Source: a bacterium
Lineage (GTDB): Bacteria > SZUA-182 > DTGQ01 > JAFGSM01
Direction of reading: 5' to 3'
NCBI GenBank assembly: GCA_049472355.1
Contig: JBLIRP010000020.1
Location: 1 to 45,094, forward strand
Length of the DNA: 45,094 bases
Part shown: one piece after another, positions 1 through 10,981 of the stretch
Position numbering within the stretch: the stretch's first letter is position 1
How the letters are laid out: each line of letters opens with the position of its first letter
Made by a program: the position numbers and the translations under genes
The notes under the pieces: model-generated
Databases searched by the model: none
Seen by the model: only the letters and a program-made list of their open reading frames with translations
What the model was told of the DNA's origin: nothing

Positions 1-9
1 TATTTAGCG

Positions 10-528
10 TTAAGGGGTTGTTGCAGCAGGTAAGTGGCTTGCCCATTTTTGTTGCACTGTACCGCCCCATCCACTGACGTCCCCACCTGTAGCTGGATCT
101 AAATCAATTGTAAGAGTAAGTAACCCACTTGCGCCAAAGTTAGTTACATTTGTGTTTATTGTTACCGTCATTACTGAAACTGCACCCGTACCAGCGACGG
201 GAGGTCCATCAGAAGGGGAAATAGTTGGAATAGTGAAATAATATAAGTCCCGGAAACTTTTGAATTCATCATAAAGCGTGCCTGGCAACGGATTTGCCGC
301 GTCACCCTGTTTCGGCCAGTAGCCTGTCGCGTTCGCTCGCTCAATCAGGTATGTCTTAATTGCACCGAGCGTAGTGACCCCCTCGCTCGCCCTCGCCCTG
401 TAAACATAATTGGAATAGATCGGAACTGATATGGCGGCCAGGATGCCTATCATGATGATGACCACCATAACCTCGATGAGGGTGAACCCCCCCTCACTCC
501 GTCGCTGCGCTTGTAATCCTTTGATCAT
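10..528 (-). CDS. pilA: Type IV pilin (major pilin-like prepilin)
   Basis: Class III signal peptide GG|FTLIEVMVV with E5, hydrophobic helix and P22; RBS AAGGAGG upstream of ATG 528. Confidence 0.9.
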   Translation of the reverse strand: MIKGLQAQRRSEGGFTLIEVMVVIIMIGILAAISVPIYSNYVYRARASEGVTTLGAIKTYLIERANATGYWPKQGDAANPLPGTLYDEFKSFRDLYYFTIPTISPSDGPPVAGTGAVSVMTVTINTNVTNFGASGLLTLTIDLDPATGGDVSGWGGTVQQKWASHLPAATTP

Positions 529-567
529 TGCACTATCCTCCTTGGTTAGACCTTATACAAAATTCAA

Positions 568-584
568 TGCAAAAAACATACCGG
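568..584 (-). promoter_or_regulatory. Sigma54 (-24/-12) promoter of the pilin
   Basis: Minus strand CCGGTATGTTTTTTGCA = GG-N10-GC with TTGCA, about 40 nt upstream of the start; pilin genes are commonly RpoN-dependent. Confidence 0.7.
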
Positions 585-689
585 TTTTGACACAAACCGA
601 CACTTCCCATTATTTCACATATGGGCAGAAAAATCCAAAAAAAACTTATGAGGGGGAACGCCGTATGACAACGCTGTACGACAATTAAT

Positions 690-718
690 AAAGAAAAACA
701 GCATATGGTTTATGCTGT
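690..718 (-). terminator. Intrinsic terminator closing the candidate RNA upstream of pilA
   Basis: Minus strand ACAGCATA-aacca-TATGCTGT followed by TTTTCTTT. Confidence 0.6.
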
Positions 719-894
719 GCTGAAACGGGACGTTGAATGAATACCATACTGTTGGAAAGGAATACGTTAGCGCCTCACCCCCTAATGAGTGCATGGTGTG
801 ACAGATGCTGCCGTCCATCCGGACCCGGGGGGTAACACACCCCGTGATCATCCCTGGGCCGTGAATAGACCGGTCGTGCTCTACAAAGATACCC
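690..894 (-). ncRNA. Candidate ~200-nt small RNA or regulatory leader
   Basis: Bounded by a near-consensus sigma70 promoter (901-929) and a terminator (690-718); internal GC-rich stems; no RBS-supported ORF. Confidence 0.4.
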
Positions 895-900
895 ATTTTG

Positions 901-929
901 ATGGTATCATTGCTTATACCGTTTGTCAA
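901..929 (-). promoter_or_regulatory. Sigma70 promoter facing pilA
   Basis: Minus strand TTGACA-17 nt-TACCAT with extended -10 TG. Confidence 0.65.
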
Positions 930-949
930 GGAAAATATCAAGGATTACA

Positions 950-2272
950 ATGAGGTTTCGCGCTTCACTCCATACGCTGGGTTGCAAGCTGAACCAGTTC
1001 GAAACGGCTTATCTGGCCCGCTGGTTCGAGGAAAACGGGTACACCGTGGTCCCCTTTCCTTCGCAGGCGGAGGTGTACGTGATCAACACCTGCACGGTGA
1101 CCGCCAAGAGCGAGCATCACTCCAGGAATGCGGTGAGAAAGGCGGTCCGGGCAAACCCCGAGGGTGTGGTGATCGTGACCGGGTGCGCGGTTCAGGTCAA
1201 TCCCCGGGCCTTTGCCTCGATACCGGGCGTATCCGCGGTGATCGGAAACCGGGAAAAGGCGGATTGCTCGATTCTTGCTGGCCTGCTGCGCAGGGAAGAA
1301 AGGGCCGGGGTCATGGTCACGGGCTGGGGCGCGGAGCAGGAGCCCCTGGCGCCCATGGCCATCCGGCGGTTTGCGGAGTATACCCGGGCGTTCATCAAGG
1401 TCCAGGAGGGGTGCGACGCGCATTGCGCCTACTGCATCGTGCCCAGGGCGCGGGGGCCGGCGCGCAGCGCCCCCATGGGGCACATCGCCGTCCAGGCGGA
1501 GGAGCTTTGGCGGGCCGGGTACCGGGAGATCGTGCTGACGGGCATACACCTGGGCAGGTACGGGAGGGACCTGCGCCCGCAGCGCTGTCTCCACGAGCTG
1601 CTCAGCCTTCTGCTCGACAACTGCGGCACGAACAGGCTGCGCCTCTCCTCCATCGAGCCGAACGAATTCACCCCTGAGCTGATTGGCCTGATCGGTGCAT
1701 CCTCCCGGGTGTGCCCCCACTTCCATATCCCCCTGCAGAGCGGGAGCGCAGGGGTGCTGCAGCGCATGGGCCGGGGGTATTCCCCGGGGGAGTACGGGGA
1801 GGTTGTCCGGGAGATTCTCCGGGCATGCCCGGACGCAGGGATCGGCGCCGACGTGATGGTGGGGTTTCCCGGGGAAACAGGGGAGGATTTCGCGGACACC
1901 TGCCGGGTGGTGGAGTCCCTCCCCCTTGCCTACCTGCACGTGTTCAGCTTTTCACCGCGGCCCGACACCCCTGCCGCGCTGATGCCCTGCCAGGTGGACG
2001 GCGTCGTCAAGAAGGAGCGGAGCGGGCGCCTGCGGCGCATCGGCAGGGATAAGAGGGCGGCGTTCCGGTCCCGCTTCCTGGGAAGGGACCTTGAGGCCCT
2101 GGTGCTGGGCCAGGCCGGTCCCCGGCGGGGATTCCGCACGGCCCTCACCGGGAACTACATCCCGGTGTTCGTGGAGGCGGGCGAGGAGATGGTGAATCGG
2201 CTGGTCATGGTGAGGCCGCGCCGGATCACCCCGGCGGGCGTGTGGGGAACGGTCGCCTCCTTGGTGCCATGA
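950..2272 (+). CDS. mtaB: tRNA t6A37 methylthiotransferase (radical SAM)
   Basis: HTLGCKLNQFET and INTCTVT (UPF0004), KVQEGCDAHCAYC (CxxxCxxC), RLRLSSIEP, HFHIPLQSGS; ATG 950 preferred over 923. Confidence 0.9.
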   Translation: MRFRASLHTLGCKLNQFETAYLARWFEENGYTVVPFPSQAEVYVINTCTVTAKSEHHSRNAVRKAVRANPEGVVIVTGCAVQVNPRAFASIPGVSAVIGNREKADCSILAGLLRREERAGVMVTGWGAEQEPLAPMAIRRFAEYTRAFIKVQEGCDAHCAYCIVPRARGPARSAPMGHIAVQAEELWRAGYREIVLTGIHLGRYGRDLRPQRCLHELLSLLLDNCGTNRLRLSSIEPNEFTPELIGLIGASSRVCPHFHIPLQSGSAGVLQRMGRGYSPGEYGEVVREILRACPDAGIGADVMVGFPGETGEDFADTCRVVESLPLAYLHVFSFSPRPDTPAALMPCQVDGVVKKERSGRLRRIGRDKRAAFRSRFLGRDLEALVLGQAGPRRGFRTALTGNYIPVFVEAGEEMVNRLVMVRPRRITPAGVWGTVASLVP

Positions 2273-2282
2273 GCACCTCGTC

Positions 2283-2311
2283 TTGCGTGGGTGCGGTTTT
2301 TCAGGTACAAT
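2283..2311 (+). promoter_or_regulatory. Sigma70 promoter of proS
   Basis: TTGCGT-17 nt-TACAAT about 50 nt upstream of the proS GTG. Confidence 0.55.
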
Positions 2312-2359
2312 GAAACGATTTTTCATTGAAATCCTTGTGACTTATTACAGGAGACGGAC

Positions 2360-4105
2360 GTGCGCTATTCACAGTTGTTGCTGACGACGCTCAGGGAGGC
2401 GCCGGGCGAGGCTGAGGTCGTAAGCCACGCCCTCATGATGCGCGCCGGGATGATCAGGAAGCTCGCCGCCGGGATCTACGACTTTCTCCCCCTGGGATGG
2501 CGGGTGATGACAAAGGTCGGGCGGATCATCCGCGAGGAGATGGACCGGGCGGGCGCCCAGGAGGTGTTCTTGCCCGTGCTCTGCCCTGCGGAGCTGTGGC
2601 AGGAGAGCGGCCGGTGGGATGTGTACGGCAAGGAGCTGATGCGGATCGTTGACCGGCATGAACGGCAGTTCTGCCTGGGTCCCACCCACGAGGAGGTCAT
2701 CACCGACCTGGTGCGGCGGGAGGTCCGCTCCTACCGCCAGCTTCCCGTAAACCTCTACCAGATCCAGACCAAGTTCAGGGACGAGATCCGGCCCCGGTTC
2801 GGCCTGATGCGGGGAAGGGAGTTCATGATGAAGGACGCCTACAGCTTCGACCGGGACGAGGAGGGAGCGGAGCGATCCTACTCTTTGATGTACACGGCCT
2901 ACAACCGGATATTTACCCGCTGCGGCCTCGTGTTCAGGCCGGTCGAGGCGGACACCGGTCCCATAGGGGGGAGCTTTTCCCATGAATTCATGGTGCTCGC
3001 CGATTCCGGTGAGGATTCCATTGTGAGCTGTTCCTCCTGCACCTATGCATCGAACCTGGAGAAGGCGGAGTGTCCTGCCCCGGCTCCGGACCCCCGGGCG
3101 GCTGAGATGAAGGCCGTGGAGGAGGTGGAAACACCCGGCAAGAAGGCGGTCGACGAGGTGTGCGCCTTTCTGGGCCGGCGTCCCGAGGAGCTGGTCAAGA
3201 CCCTTATTTACACCCACGACGGCACCGCGGTGGCGGTGCTGGTGCGGGGCGATCACGAGGTCAACGAGGTGAAGCTCCGGAATCTCCTTGGGGTCCCGGA
3301 GGTGGTGCTCGCCGATGAGGCGACCGTGCAGGCGGTCACCGGCGCGCCGAGCGGCTTTTCCGGCCCTGTGGGGCTGAAGGGGATAATGCTCCTTGCGGAC
3401 CTTTCGGTGCGCGGGATGCACAACGTGGTGGTGGGCGCCAACAAGGGGGACACCCACCTGATCAATGTGGACATCGGCCGCGATGTCACCCCCGAGCGGT
3501 TTGCGGACCTGCGGGTGGTCACCGTGGGGGACCCGTGCCCGCGGTGCGGAGGGAGATTGAACATGCACCGGGGGATCGAGGTGGGACACGTATTCAAGCT
3601 GGGCACGAAGTACAGCAAGGCCATGAAGGCGACGTTCCTCGACGAGGAGGGAAAGGACCGGTTCATGGTCATGGGATGCTACGGCATAGGGGTCGGAAGG
3701 ACCATGGCCGCGTCGATCGAGCAGAACCATGACCGGGACGGCATCATATGGCCCCTGCCCATTGCGCCCTTTCAGGTGCACCTGCTTCCCCTCAATATGG
3801 ACAACGAGGAGGTCTCGGGTGCTGCGGAGGAGATCTACCGGGATCTGCTGAAGGAGGGGGTCGAGGTGCTCATCGATGACCGGGATGAAAGCCCGGGCAT
3901 CAAATTCAAGGATGCGGACCTGGTGGGGCTTCCCCTGCGGGTCACGGTGGGGATAAAATCGCTGAGGGAGGGAAAGATCGAGCTTAAATGGCGGGATTCG
4001 AAAGAGGCGGTCAAGGTGGATCGCGGCCGGGTGATCCGGGAGGTGCAAGAGATGATCGCGACCAGGGGGCGTGAAATCGCCTCCCTTTTGGAATCATGCC
4101 CGTAA
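2360..4105 (+). CDS. proS: Proline--tRNA ligase (bacterial type with editing domain)
   Basis: [55 protein letters not shown] start after AGGAG. Confidence 0.97.
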   Translation: MRYSQLLLTTLREAPGEAEVVSHALMMRAGMIRKLAAGIYDFLPLGWRVMTKVGRIIREEMDRAGAQEVFLPVLCPAELWQESGRWDVYGKELMRIVDRHERQFCLGPTHEEVITDLVRREVRSYRQLPVNLYQIQTKFRDEIRPRFGLMRGREFMMKDAYSFDRDEEGAERSYSLMYTAYNRIFTRCGLVFRPVEADTGPIGGSFSHEFMVLADSGEDSIVSCSSCTYASNLEKAECPAPAPDPRAAEMKAVEEVETPGKKAVDEVCAFLGRRPEELVKTLIYTHDGTAVAVLVRGDHEVNEVKLRNLLGVPEVVLADEATVQAVTGAPSGFSGPVGLKGIMLLADLSVRGMHNVVVGANKGDTHLINVDIGRDVTPERFADLRVVTVGDPCPRCGGRLNMHRGIEVGHVFKLGTKYSKAMKATFLDEEGKDRFMVMGCYGIGVGRTMAASIEQNHDRDGIIWPLPIAPFQVHLLPLNMDNEEVSGAAEEIYRDLLKEGVEVLIDDRDESPGIKFKDADLVGLPLRVTVGIKSLREGKIELKWRDSKEAVKVDRGRVIREVQEMIATRGREIASLLESCP

Positions 4106-4123
4106 GAAAGGGGTTGTGGAGCA

Positions 4124-4447
4124 ATGTCATGTGACGCCGACGCTCACGAAAACAGGAACGAATTGAAGAAGCTGTTCAAACGACTTGGCGAGGTCATCAA
4201 CGATACCCTCTCCCATTCCGAGGAGGTCCAGGAGATACTGCGTGAGATCAGGGTCCTCGGCATGGGAGTGGATCTGTCCATGGTCATCGGCCTCGGCCTG
4301 TATTCGCATGCTGACGGCACCCAGGAGATACTGTTCGATTCGGACGAGGAGGAGATCCGCTTCGAGTTGACGTCCGCCGACCGGGCCTTTCTGGATCAGT
4401 ACAAACTGAAATTGATCATGGATGCGACGGAAACCGCCGAGGGTTGA
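4124..4447 (+). CDS. Hypothetical acidic protein (107 aa)
   Basis: Co-oriented ORF between proS and trpB2 with GGAG RBS and high GC3; no recognised function. Confidence 0.75.
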   Translation: MSCDADAHENRNELKKLFKRLGEVINDTLSHSEEVQEILREIRVLGMGVDLSMVIGLGLYSHADGTQEILFDSDEEEIRFELTSADRAFLDQYKLKLIMDATETAEG

Positions 4448-4480
4448 TAATCACATTATACATGGATGAGGAGGAATACC

Positions 4481-5842
4481 ATGCATGAACGGAAGATTCT
4501 CCTTTCTGAGAAAGAGATTCCCCGCTACTGGTATAATATTCTGCCCGAGCTGAAGGTCCCGCTTTCCCCACCGCTGAATCCCGGAACGCAGAAACCGATC
4601 GATCCCTCGGACCTTGCCGCCATATTTCCCATGGCCCTCATCGAACAGGAGATGAGCCCCCAGGCGGAGATCCCCATTCCCGAGGAATTGATGGACATCT
4701 ACGCCCTGTGGAGGCCCACGCCGATGTTCCGCGCCTTCAATCTGGAAAAGGCCCTGGACACGCCCGCGAAGATCTATTACAAGTACGAGGGGGTAAGCCC
4801 ACCGGGGAGCCACAAGCCCAATACCGCGGTGGCCCAGGCTTACTACAACAAACAGGCGGGAATCAAGCGCCTTGCCACGGAAACCGGGGCGGGCCAGTGG
4901 GGAAGCGCCCTCAGCTTTGCATGCAGCCATTTCGGCATGGAGTGCAAGGTGTACATGGTGAAGGTGAGCTACCAGCAGAAACCGTACCGGCGCTCCATGA
5001 TGGAAGTCTGGGGCAGCACGGTCGTTGCGAGCCCCAGCAGAGACACCCAGGCCGGCCGTTCGATACTGGATCAGGACCCCGATTCGCTGGGGAGCCTCGG
5101 CATCGCCATCAGCGAGGCGGTGGAGGACGCGGCCACCCACGAGGGCACCAACTACGCCCTGGGGAGCGTGCTGAACCACGTCCTCCTGCACCAGACCATC
5201 GTGGGACTGGAGACAAAGAAGCAGTTCGAGAAAATAAAGGTAAAGCCGAATGTCATCATCGGCTGCTGCGGCGGCGGAAGCAACTACGGCGGCTTCATGA
5301 TCCCCTTTGTCAGGGACAAGATGGCGGGCGCGGATATCCGGTTCGTGGCGGTTGAACCCACCGCATGCCCCACCTTCACCAAGGGGGAGTTTCGCTATGA
5401 CTTCGGAGACACCGCGAAGATGACCCCGCTCATGAAGATGTACACCCTGGGCCACGATTTCGTGCCTGCGGGCATCCACGCCGGAGGGCTTCGGTACCAC
5501 GGGGATGCCCCGCTGCTGAGCCACCTGGTGAAGCAGGGGATCGTCGAGGCGGTCGCCTATCATCAGAACCCGGTGTTCGACAGCGCCCTGCTCTTTGCAA
5601 AGACCGAGGGCATCATCCCCGCGCCTGAGGCCGCGCATGCGATCAAGGCGGCCATTGAAGAGGCCATGCGATGCAAGGAGGAAGGGACTGAGAAGGTCAT
5701 CGCCTTCAACCTGAGCGGACACGGCTATTTCGATCTTGCCGCCTACGACGCCTACCTGTCGAAGAAGCTGGAGGATTACGAGCATCCCGGCGAGAAGATC
5801 AAGGAGGCGCTGAGCAGGCTTCCGGTGATCAGCGGATATTGA
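4481..5842 (+). CDS. trpB2: TrpB2 (tryptophan synthase beta-like PLP enzyme)
   Basis: [16 protein letters not shown] (PLP lysine), [38 protein letters not shown] before ATG 4481. Confidence 0.92.
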   Translation: MHERKILLSEKEIPRYWYNILPELKVPLSPPLNPGTQKPIDPSDLAAIFPMALIEQEMSPQAEIPIPEELMDIYALWRPTPMFRAFNLEKALDTPAKIYYKYEGVSPPGSHKPNTAVAQAYYNKQAGIKRLATETGAGQWGSALSFACSHFGMECKVYMVKVSYQQKPYRRSMMEVWGSTVVASPSRDTQAGRSILDQDPDSLGSLGIAISEAVEDAATHEGTNYALGSVLNHVLLHQTIVGLETKKQFEKIKVKPNVIIGCCGGGSNYGGFMIPFVRDKMAGADIRFVAVEPTACPTFTKGEFRYDFGDTAKMTPLMKMYTLGHDFVPAGIHAGGLRYHGDAPLLSHLVKQGIVEAVAYHQNPVFDSALLFAKTEGIIPAPEAAHAIKAAIEEAMRCKEEGTEKVIAFNLSGHGYFDLAAYDAYLSKKLEDYEHPGEKIKEALSRLPVISGY

Positions 5843-5997
5843 CATCGTTTAATCGCTTCGGGTTTAATTGCCCGAGGTTTGTTTCGATACAATACACGGT
5901 TCTGCTTTGATACCCCGCAGATTGCTGCGGGGAGGCTTCATTTGTTTGATGGGCGCCCGGCGCCATATGGTATGGCGCGGGCGCCCGGTGATGTGTC

Positions 5998-7212
5998 ATG
6001 GAAAAGGACGTACAACGCACCAGTGAACCCGACGAAACCGGGCATTTCGGTCCGTACGGGGGGAAATATGTGCCTGAGACCCTCATGCCCGCCCTGGAGG
6101 AGCTCGAGGCGGCCTACCTCGAAGCGAAGCAGGACAAGGAATTCCAGGATGAGCTCGCATACTACCTGCGCCAGTATGCGGGAAGGCCCACCCCTCTCTA
6201 TTTCGCCGGGCGCCTGACGGAGCATTTCGGGGGCGGCCGGATCTATCTCAAGAGGGAAGACCTGTGCCATACCGGGGCCCACAAGATCAACAATACCCTG
6301 GGCCAGGTGCTCCTTGCCCGCCGCATGGGAAAGACCCGTATCATTGCGGAGACCGGCGCGGGACAGCACGGGGTGGCCACGGCAACGGCCGCGGCCATGT
6401 TCGGGCTGGAGTGCCGAATCTACATGGGCACGGAGGACATTCACCGGCAGGCCCTGAATGTGTTTCGCATGAAGCTCCTCGGCGCCACCGTCACCCCGGT
6501 GGAGGCGGGAAGCCGCACCCTGAAGGATGCCATGAACGAGGCAATCCGCGACTGGGTGACCACGGTGCTGAACACCCACTACGTCATAGGGTCGGTGGCG
6601 GGGCCGCATCCCTATCCCATGATGGTGCGAGATTTCCAGGCGGTCATCGGGGAGGAGACCATGCGCCAGATCAGGGAATCGGAAGGCCGGGACCCTGACT
6701 TCCTTGTTGCGTGCGTGGGCGGTGGGAGCAACTCCATGGGCCTCTTCTACCCGTTTCTCCCCAATCGGTCGGTTGCCATGGTGGGCATCGAGGCGGCGGG
6801 CCTGGGCATCGAGACGGGAAAACACGCCGCTCCCCTCTGCCACGGCACCGTGGGGGTCCTCCATGGGAGCAAGAGCTACCTGCTCCAGGATGACGGCGGC
6901 CAGGTCCGGATCGCCCACTCGGTGTCCGCGGGGCTCGATTATCCGGGGGTGGGGCCCGAGCACAGCCTCCTGAGGGATTCAGGCAGGGTGCGCTATGAGG
7001 TGATCACCGATCAGGAGGCCCTGGAGGCATTCCGGCTCTGCTCGGAGCGTGAAGGGATCATCCCCGCACTGGAGAGCGCCCATGCCCTGGCCTATCTGAA
7101 AAAACTCGCCCCGACGTTGAACAAGGAGAAGATCATCGTGGTATGCCTGTCGGGACGGGGTGATAAGGACGTGCAGGAGGTCGCCCGGATCATCGAGGAG
7201 AGCCATGGATAG
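5998..7212 (+). CDS. trpB: Tryptophan synthase beta chain
   Basis: [58 protein letters not shown]. Confidence 0.97.
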   Translation: MEKDVQRTSEPDETGHFGPYGGKYVPETLMPALEELEAAYLEAKQDKEFQDELAYYLRQYAGRPTPLYFAGRLTEHFGGGRIYLKREDLCHTGAHKINNTLGQVLLARRMGKTRIIAETGAGQHGVATATAAAMFGLECRIYMGTEDIHRQALNVFRMKLLGATVTPVEAGSRTLKDAMNEAIRDWVTTVLNTHYVIGSVAGPHPYPMMVRDFQAVIGEETMRQIRESEGRDPDFLVACVGGGSNSMGLFYPFLPNRSVAMVGIEAAGLGIETGKHAAPLCHGTVGVLHGSKSYLLQDDGGQVRIAHSVSAGLDYPGVGPEHSLLRDSGRVRYEVITDQEALEAFRLCSEREGIIPALESAHALAYLKKLAPTLNKEKIIVVCLSGRGDKDVQEVARIIEESHG

Positions 7213-8008
7213 GATCAGCCAGGCATTCTTGAGGGCGCGGGAGGAGGGACGGAAGGTATTCATTCCCTTCATCACCGCAGGCGATCCCGATCTCGGCGTC
7301 ACCCGCAAGCTCGTCCTGGCCCTTGCACGGAGCGGGGCCGACCTGGTGGAGCTCGGTGTCCCCTTCTCCGATCCCCTTGCGGACGGACCGGTCATTCAGC
7401 GCGCCTCCCAGCGTGCCCTGGCCCACCATATAACCCTCAGCGGAATATGCCGATTCGTCAAGGACCTCCGGAGAGAGACCGACGTTCCGATCGCCTTGAT
7501 GAGCTACTACAATCCCATCCTGCATCCGGGGATCGAAAATGCGGTGCGGATGATGACCGATGCGGGCGTGGATGGGCTCATCTGTCCCGATCTTCCCCCG
7601 GAGGAGGGGGAGGAAGTGATCGCCCTGGGCCGTACCCATGGGATGGCCACGGTGTTCTTTCTCGCCCCGACAAGCACGGAGCGGAGGATTCGGCTCGTTG
7701 CCGAGCGATCGACCGGTTTTATCTACTATGTTTCGGTCACCGGGGTGACCGGTGCCCGGGATGACCTTCCCGACTCCATCAGGGAGCACCTGAGCCTGAT
7801 CAGGACCATGACCGACAAGCCGATCGCCGTCGGGTTCGGGGTGTCGCGGCCTGACCAGGCGGCCCGCATCGCGCAATGGGCCGATGGGGTCATTATCGGG
7901 AGCGCCATCATCAAGATCCTGGAGGAACACGATTTTTCCGAACAGGCGGTACAGGCGGTCGGGGAATTCGCATCGACCATACAACGTTCAATGGAGGGCC
8001 GACCATGA
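7205..8008 (+). CDS. trpA: Tryptophan synthase alpha chain
   Basis: [32 protein letters not shown]; start overlaps the end of trpB. Confidence 0.96.
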   Translation: MDRISQAFLRAREEGRKVFIPFITAGDPDLGVTRKLVLALARSGADLVELGVPFSDPLADGPVIQRASQRALAHHITLSGICRFVKDLRRETDVPIALMSYYNPILHPGIENAVRMMTDAGVDGLICPDLPPEEGEEVIALGRTHGMATVFFLAPTSTERRIRLVAERSTGFIYYVSVTGVTGARDDLPDSIREHLSLIRTMTDKPIAVGFGVSRPDQAARIAQWADGVIIGSAIIKILEEHDFSEQAVQAVGEFASTIQRSMEGRP

Positions 8009-8160
8009 GGGCTGACAACATGAAGAAACGTGGTTCATTCGTTCGTACGGCGGTATGCATCGGTTTAATTCTCGTCTTTCTGGGCCTTTCCGGGTGCGGA
8101 TGCCTCACCCCTGATGTGCCGTGTGTGCCCGGGGCGCACAGCTCGTTGACCGGGAAATAG
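8005..8160 (+). CDS. Small putative lipoprotein (51 aa)
   Basis: ATGA overlap with the trpA stop; basic N-terminus, hydrophobic helix, lipobox LSG|C. Confidence 0.55.
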   Translation: MRADNMKKRGSFVRTAVCIGLILVFLGLSGCGCLTPDVPCVPGAHSSLTGK

Positions 8161-8201
8161 GAGGCGCGACCATCAATCACTGCATAGGAAAAGGGTCTCA
8201 A

Positions 8202-8960
8202 GTGCGGTACCGGGTGGTGTGCGCCCTTGCGCTGTGCACCCTCCTCGTTGTATTCTCCTGCAGCAAAGGGAAGAAGGTCCTCACCGATCAGGACCTCTAT
8301 AACAAGGCCTCGGATTACGTGGACAGGAAGAAATACTATCAGGCGGGCGAGGTCCTGGACCGGCTGGCGCAGGAATATCCCGAGAGTCCACTGATGGCGG
8401 AGACCCGCCTCAAGAGGGCGGATGTCCATTTCAGGCTCAAGGAGTTCGATCAGGCGCGGGCGGAGTACGACCAATTCCTGAACCTCCATCCCGTGCACCC
8501 CCAGGCGCCCCTTTCCCGGTTCCGGATCGCCATGACGCATTTTGAGGAGATTCTGGACATCGATCGGGATCAGACTGCAACCATCAAGGCCCTGGAGTCA
8601 TTTGAACGATTCCTCAAGGAGTATCCGCAGAGCGACCGGGCATCCGAGGCCAGGGAGAAGATCACGGCCTGCCGCGAACGACTTGCGGAGCATGACCGTT
8701 ACGTGGCCCGGTTCTACCTCAAAACAGGCTCGTACCGGGCGGCCCGCGGCAGGCTACGAAAGATCTGGGAGCTGTATCCGGAGATATCGTGGAGGGATGA
8801 GGTCCTGTTCCTTCTGGCGGAGACCTATAAACTGGAGGGGATGGTTGACGAGGCCACCTATGTGTTGTGCACCCTCAGGCGGACATTCCCCGAGAGTCCG
8901 CATATCAAGGGGATGACGTTTTCATGCGAGGATATGGCGACGCTCGGCGTTTTGCCCTGA
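8202..8960 (+). CDS. bamD: Outer membrane protein assembly factor BamD (TPR lipoprotein)
   Basis: Lipobox-like VFS|C, TPR helices, YPESP, FLNLHPVHP, DRDQT, LAEHDRYVARFY; GTG 8202 start inferred. Confidence 0.85.
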   Translation: MRYRVVCALALCTLLVVFSCSKGKKVLTDQDLYNKASDYVDRKKYYQAGEVLDRLAQEYPESPLMAETRLKRADVHFRLKEFDQARAEYDQFLNLHPVHPQAPLSRFRIAMTHFEEILDIDRDQTATIKALESFERFLKEYPQSDRASEAREKITACRERLAEHDRYVARFYLKTGSYRAARGRLRKIWELYPEISWRDEVLFLLAETYKLEGMVDEATYVLCTLRRTFPESPHIKGMTFSCEDMATLGVLP

Positions 8961-9367
8961 TCGCGCTTCTCATTATCCCTGTTGGGCTTTTTTTATGCCT
9001 GGATTGCGCCCCCCGCTCGAAAGGGGAATCCGAGCGGGCGATAGGGGAGGTGCTGGCCCTCCGTGAACAGGCCATGGAAGGGAAGGATATCGATCTGTAT
9101 ATGCGGTGCATAGCGGAGGCGTATCAGGACGGCAACGAGACGTATACCTCGATACGTGAACGAATGCAGCAGAATTTCAGGGCATTCGAGAGGATTGATT
9201 TTTCCCAGTTCAACCGGACCATCTATCCGGAGGGCGACAGCGCAACCGTGGTGCAGGAATACGAGATCGGCTTTATTTTTGAGGGAAAGCGGGACTACGT
9301 GAGGGGGAAGGAAAAGATCCTCCTTAAGAAGGACCCCGGGGGATGGAAGATCATTAAGGGGATATAG
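8924..9367 (+). CDS. Exported NTF2/SnoaL-like fold protein
   Basis: N-terminal hydrophobic segment; AMEGKDIDLYM, GDSATV and C-terminal GWKII pattern typical of NTF2-like domains. Confidence 0.6.
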   Translation: MRGYGDARRFALIALLIIPVGLFLCLDCAPRSKGESERAIGEVLALREQAMEGKDIDLYMRCIAEAYQDGNETYTSIRERMQQNFRAFERIDFSQFNRTIYPEGDSATVVQEYEIGFIFEGKRDYVRGKEKILLKKDPGGWKIIKGI

Positions 9368-9370
9368 AGC

Positions 9371-10981
9371 ATGAGCACAAAAAATGTCCTTTTCCGCGTT
9401 CTGTGCGCGGTTTTCCTGTCGTTTACCTGTGTGGTGTGCCGTGCGGCGGCGGTGCATGCCGAGCATACCACCTTCGAGCAAAACGGCGATGAGCATGCCG
9501 AGAAGGCGCACGAAGGGGGCAGTATCAACATTGCCTGCACTGATACCGTGCGCACCCTTGATCCGCAAAAGGCAACCCTGGTTGCCGAGCGCTGGGTGCT
9601 CGAGCAGATCTATGACGGTCTTTACGAGTATGATACCAACGACCGCATTGTTCCCGTGCTGGCGACGGATTATCCTGATCGGACCGCGGACGGGACCCTG
9701 CTGATCCCTCTGCGCTCGGGGATCCTTTTCCATGACGGCACCGAGTTTGATGCCAATGATGTGGTATTCACCCTTCAACGACTCTTGAATCCTGCAACAC
9801 AATGTCCCACCCGCGAGCTTTTCCAGCGCTTCGAGGCCGTTGAGGCGGCCTCGAAACTCATGGTACGGATACGCATGGGCACTGATTGCCCCGATGCGGA
9901 GGAACTGCTCACCCGCATCGAGGCGCGTCCCCTTCCCGAGGAGACGGTCACCCGGTCCGGGGACCGTTATGGGCAGGTCATCACGATCGGCGCCGGTCCC
10001 TTTCGTCTCAGTGAATGGGACCGGGAGAAGCAGATAATCCTGGTAAGGAACTATTCCTACGCCTTGCGGGGCCCCCTTATTCATAAGGCGATCTTTTCCT
10101 TTCCGCAACCGGGGGTGGATCCCGTACGGGAGCTCAAGCGGGGACGGATTGAGATTATCTCCCCCATTTCCCCCAAGGGCGCCTCCATCCTTTCCTCCTG
10201 GCTCTCGTTGCGGGTGGAGGGAAAGGCCGGTCAAAGACTGTGCCAGATCTACCTCAATTGCGAGGAGTATCCCTTTGACCGCCCCGGGATTCGACGGGCG
10301 ATCTCCCTGGGCATAAACAGGGCCGAGATCATCCATCAGGTATTTCATGGCTTTGCCGAGATCGCCGATTCGTGCATACCGCCGTGGCACCGGTATCATG
10401 ATCAGCATGAGGCCACCGTCAATGCATACGACCCCAACACGGCACGGAGAATACTCGTCTCAGAGGGATTTACGGAGGAGTTCCCCGTCTCGTTCTCCCT
10501 CATGTATACCGACGCCCTCCCCTTCTCCGCTATGGCCTTGATTATACGGGAGCAGTTGTCCCACGTTCATGTCCAGGTCCATCTCGTGCCCCTTGCAAAG
10601 GATGTCCTCTTCGACTACGTTTACGGCAGGAAGGGACGGGATCGGGCACTTTTTCAGGCGGCCCTCGAGGACTGGGAGGACTGGCGGGGCGGCGGCGGCG
10701 CGGAACAGTTTACCTGGCGGTTGTATCACAGCTCCTCACCGGAGAATAAGGTGGGAAACATCCGGCATCCGTGGGAGGAGGACCTTGCCGGGGCGGTAAC
10801 AGCGTGTGATCCCGCAGCCAGGCAGGCACTGTTCGCGCAGGCCGTCACCCGGATCGAGCAGGCCGTGGTAGCCATTTACCTGTGCTATCCCCACCGGATA
10901 TGGGTCGCGCGCAACTGGGTCAACGGGGAATTCTGCAATTCACTCGGGAACCTCTTTGTGGACAGGGTATGGGTCCGATGA
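9371..10981 (+). CDS. ABC transporter substrate-binding protein, family 5 (OppA/DppA-like)
   Basis: Signal peptide; [52 protein letters not shown]. Confidence 0.85.
   Translation: MSTKNVLFRVLCAVFLSFTCVVCRAAAVHAEHTTFEQNGDEHAEKAHEGGSINIACTDTVRTLDPQKATLVAERWVLEQIYDGLYEYDTNDRIVPVLATDYPDRTADGTLLIPLRSGILFHDGTEFDANDVVFTLQRLLNPATQCPTRELFQRFEAVEAASKLMVRIRMGTDCPDAEELLTRIEARPLPEETVTRSGDRYGQVITIGAGPFRLSEWDREKQIILVRNYSYALRGPLIHKAIFSFPQPGVDPVRELKRGRIEIISPISPKGASILSSWLSLRVEGKAGQRLCQIYLNCEEYPFDRPGIRRAISLGINRAEIIHQVFHGFAEIADSCIPPWHRYHDQHEATVNAYDPNTARRILVSEGFTEEFPVSFSLMYTDALPFSAMALIIREQLSHVHVQVHLVPLAKDVLFDYVYGRKGRDRALFQAALEDWEDWRGGGGAEQFTWRLYHSSSPENKVGNIRHPWEEDLAGAVTACDPAARQALFAQAVTRIEQAVVAIYLCYPHRIWVARNWVNGEFCNSLGNLFVDRVWVR

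Noticed and set aside
829..863. Similarity of GGGTAAC..CCG.GATCA..GG..CGTG to the paralog B leader
   Set aside because: Short, gapped, and in opposite orientation relative to the predicted transcripts; probably chance.
615..941. 108-aa minus-strand ORF upstream of pilA
   Set aside because: It starts upstream of the predicted promoter, runs through the terminator and has no RBS or recognisable motif.
5843..5997. Trp attenuator leader peptide or T-box before trpBA
   Set aside because: No short ORF with tandem Trp codons, no T-box motif and no U-tailed terminator.
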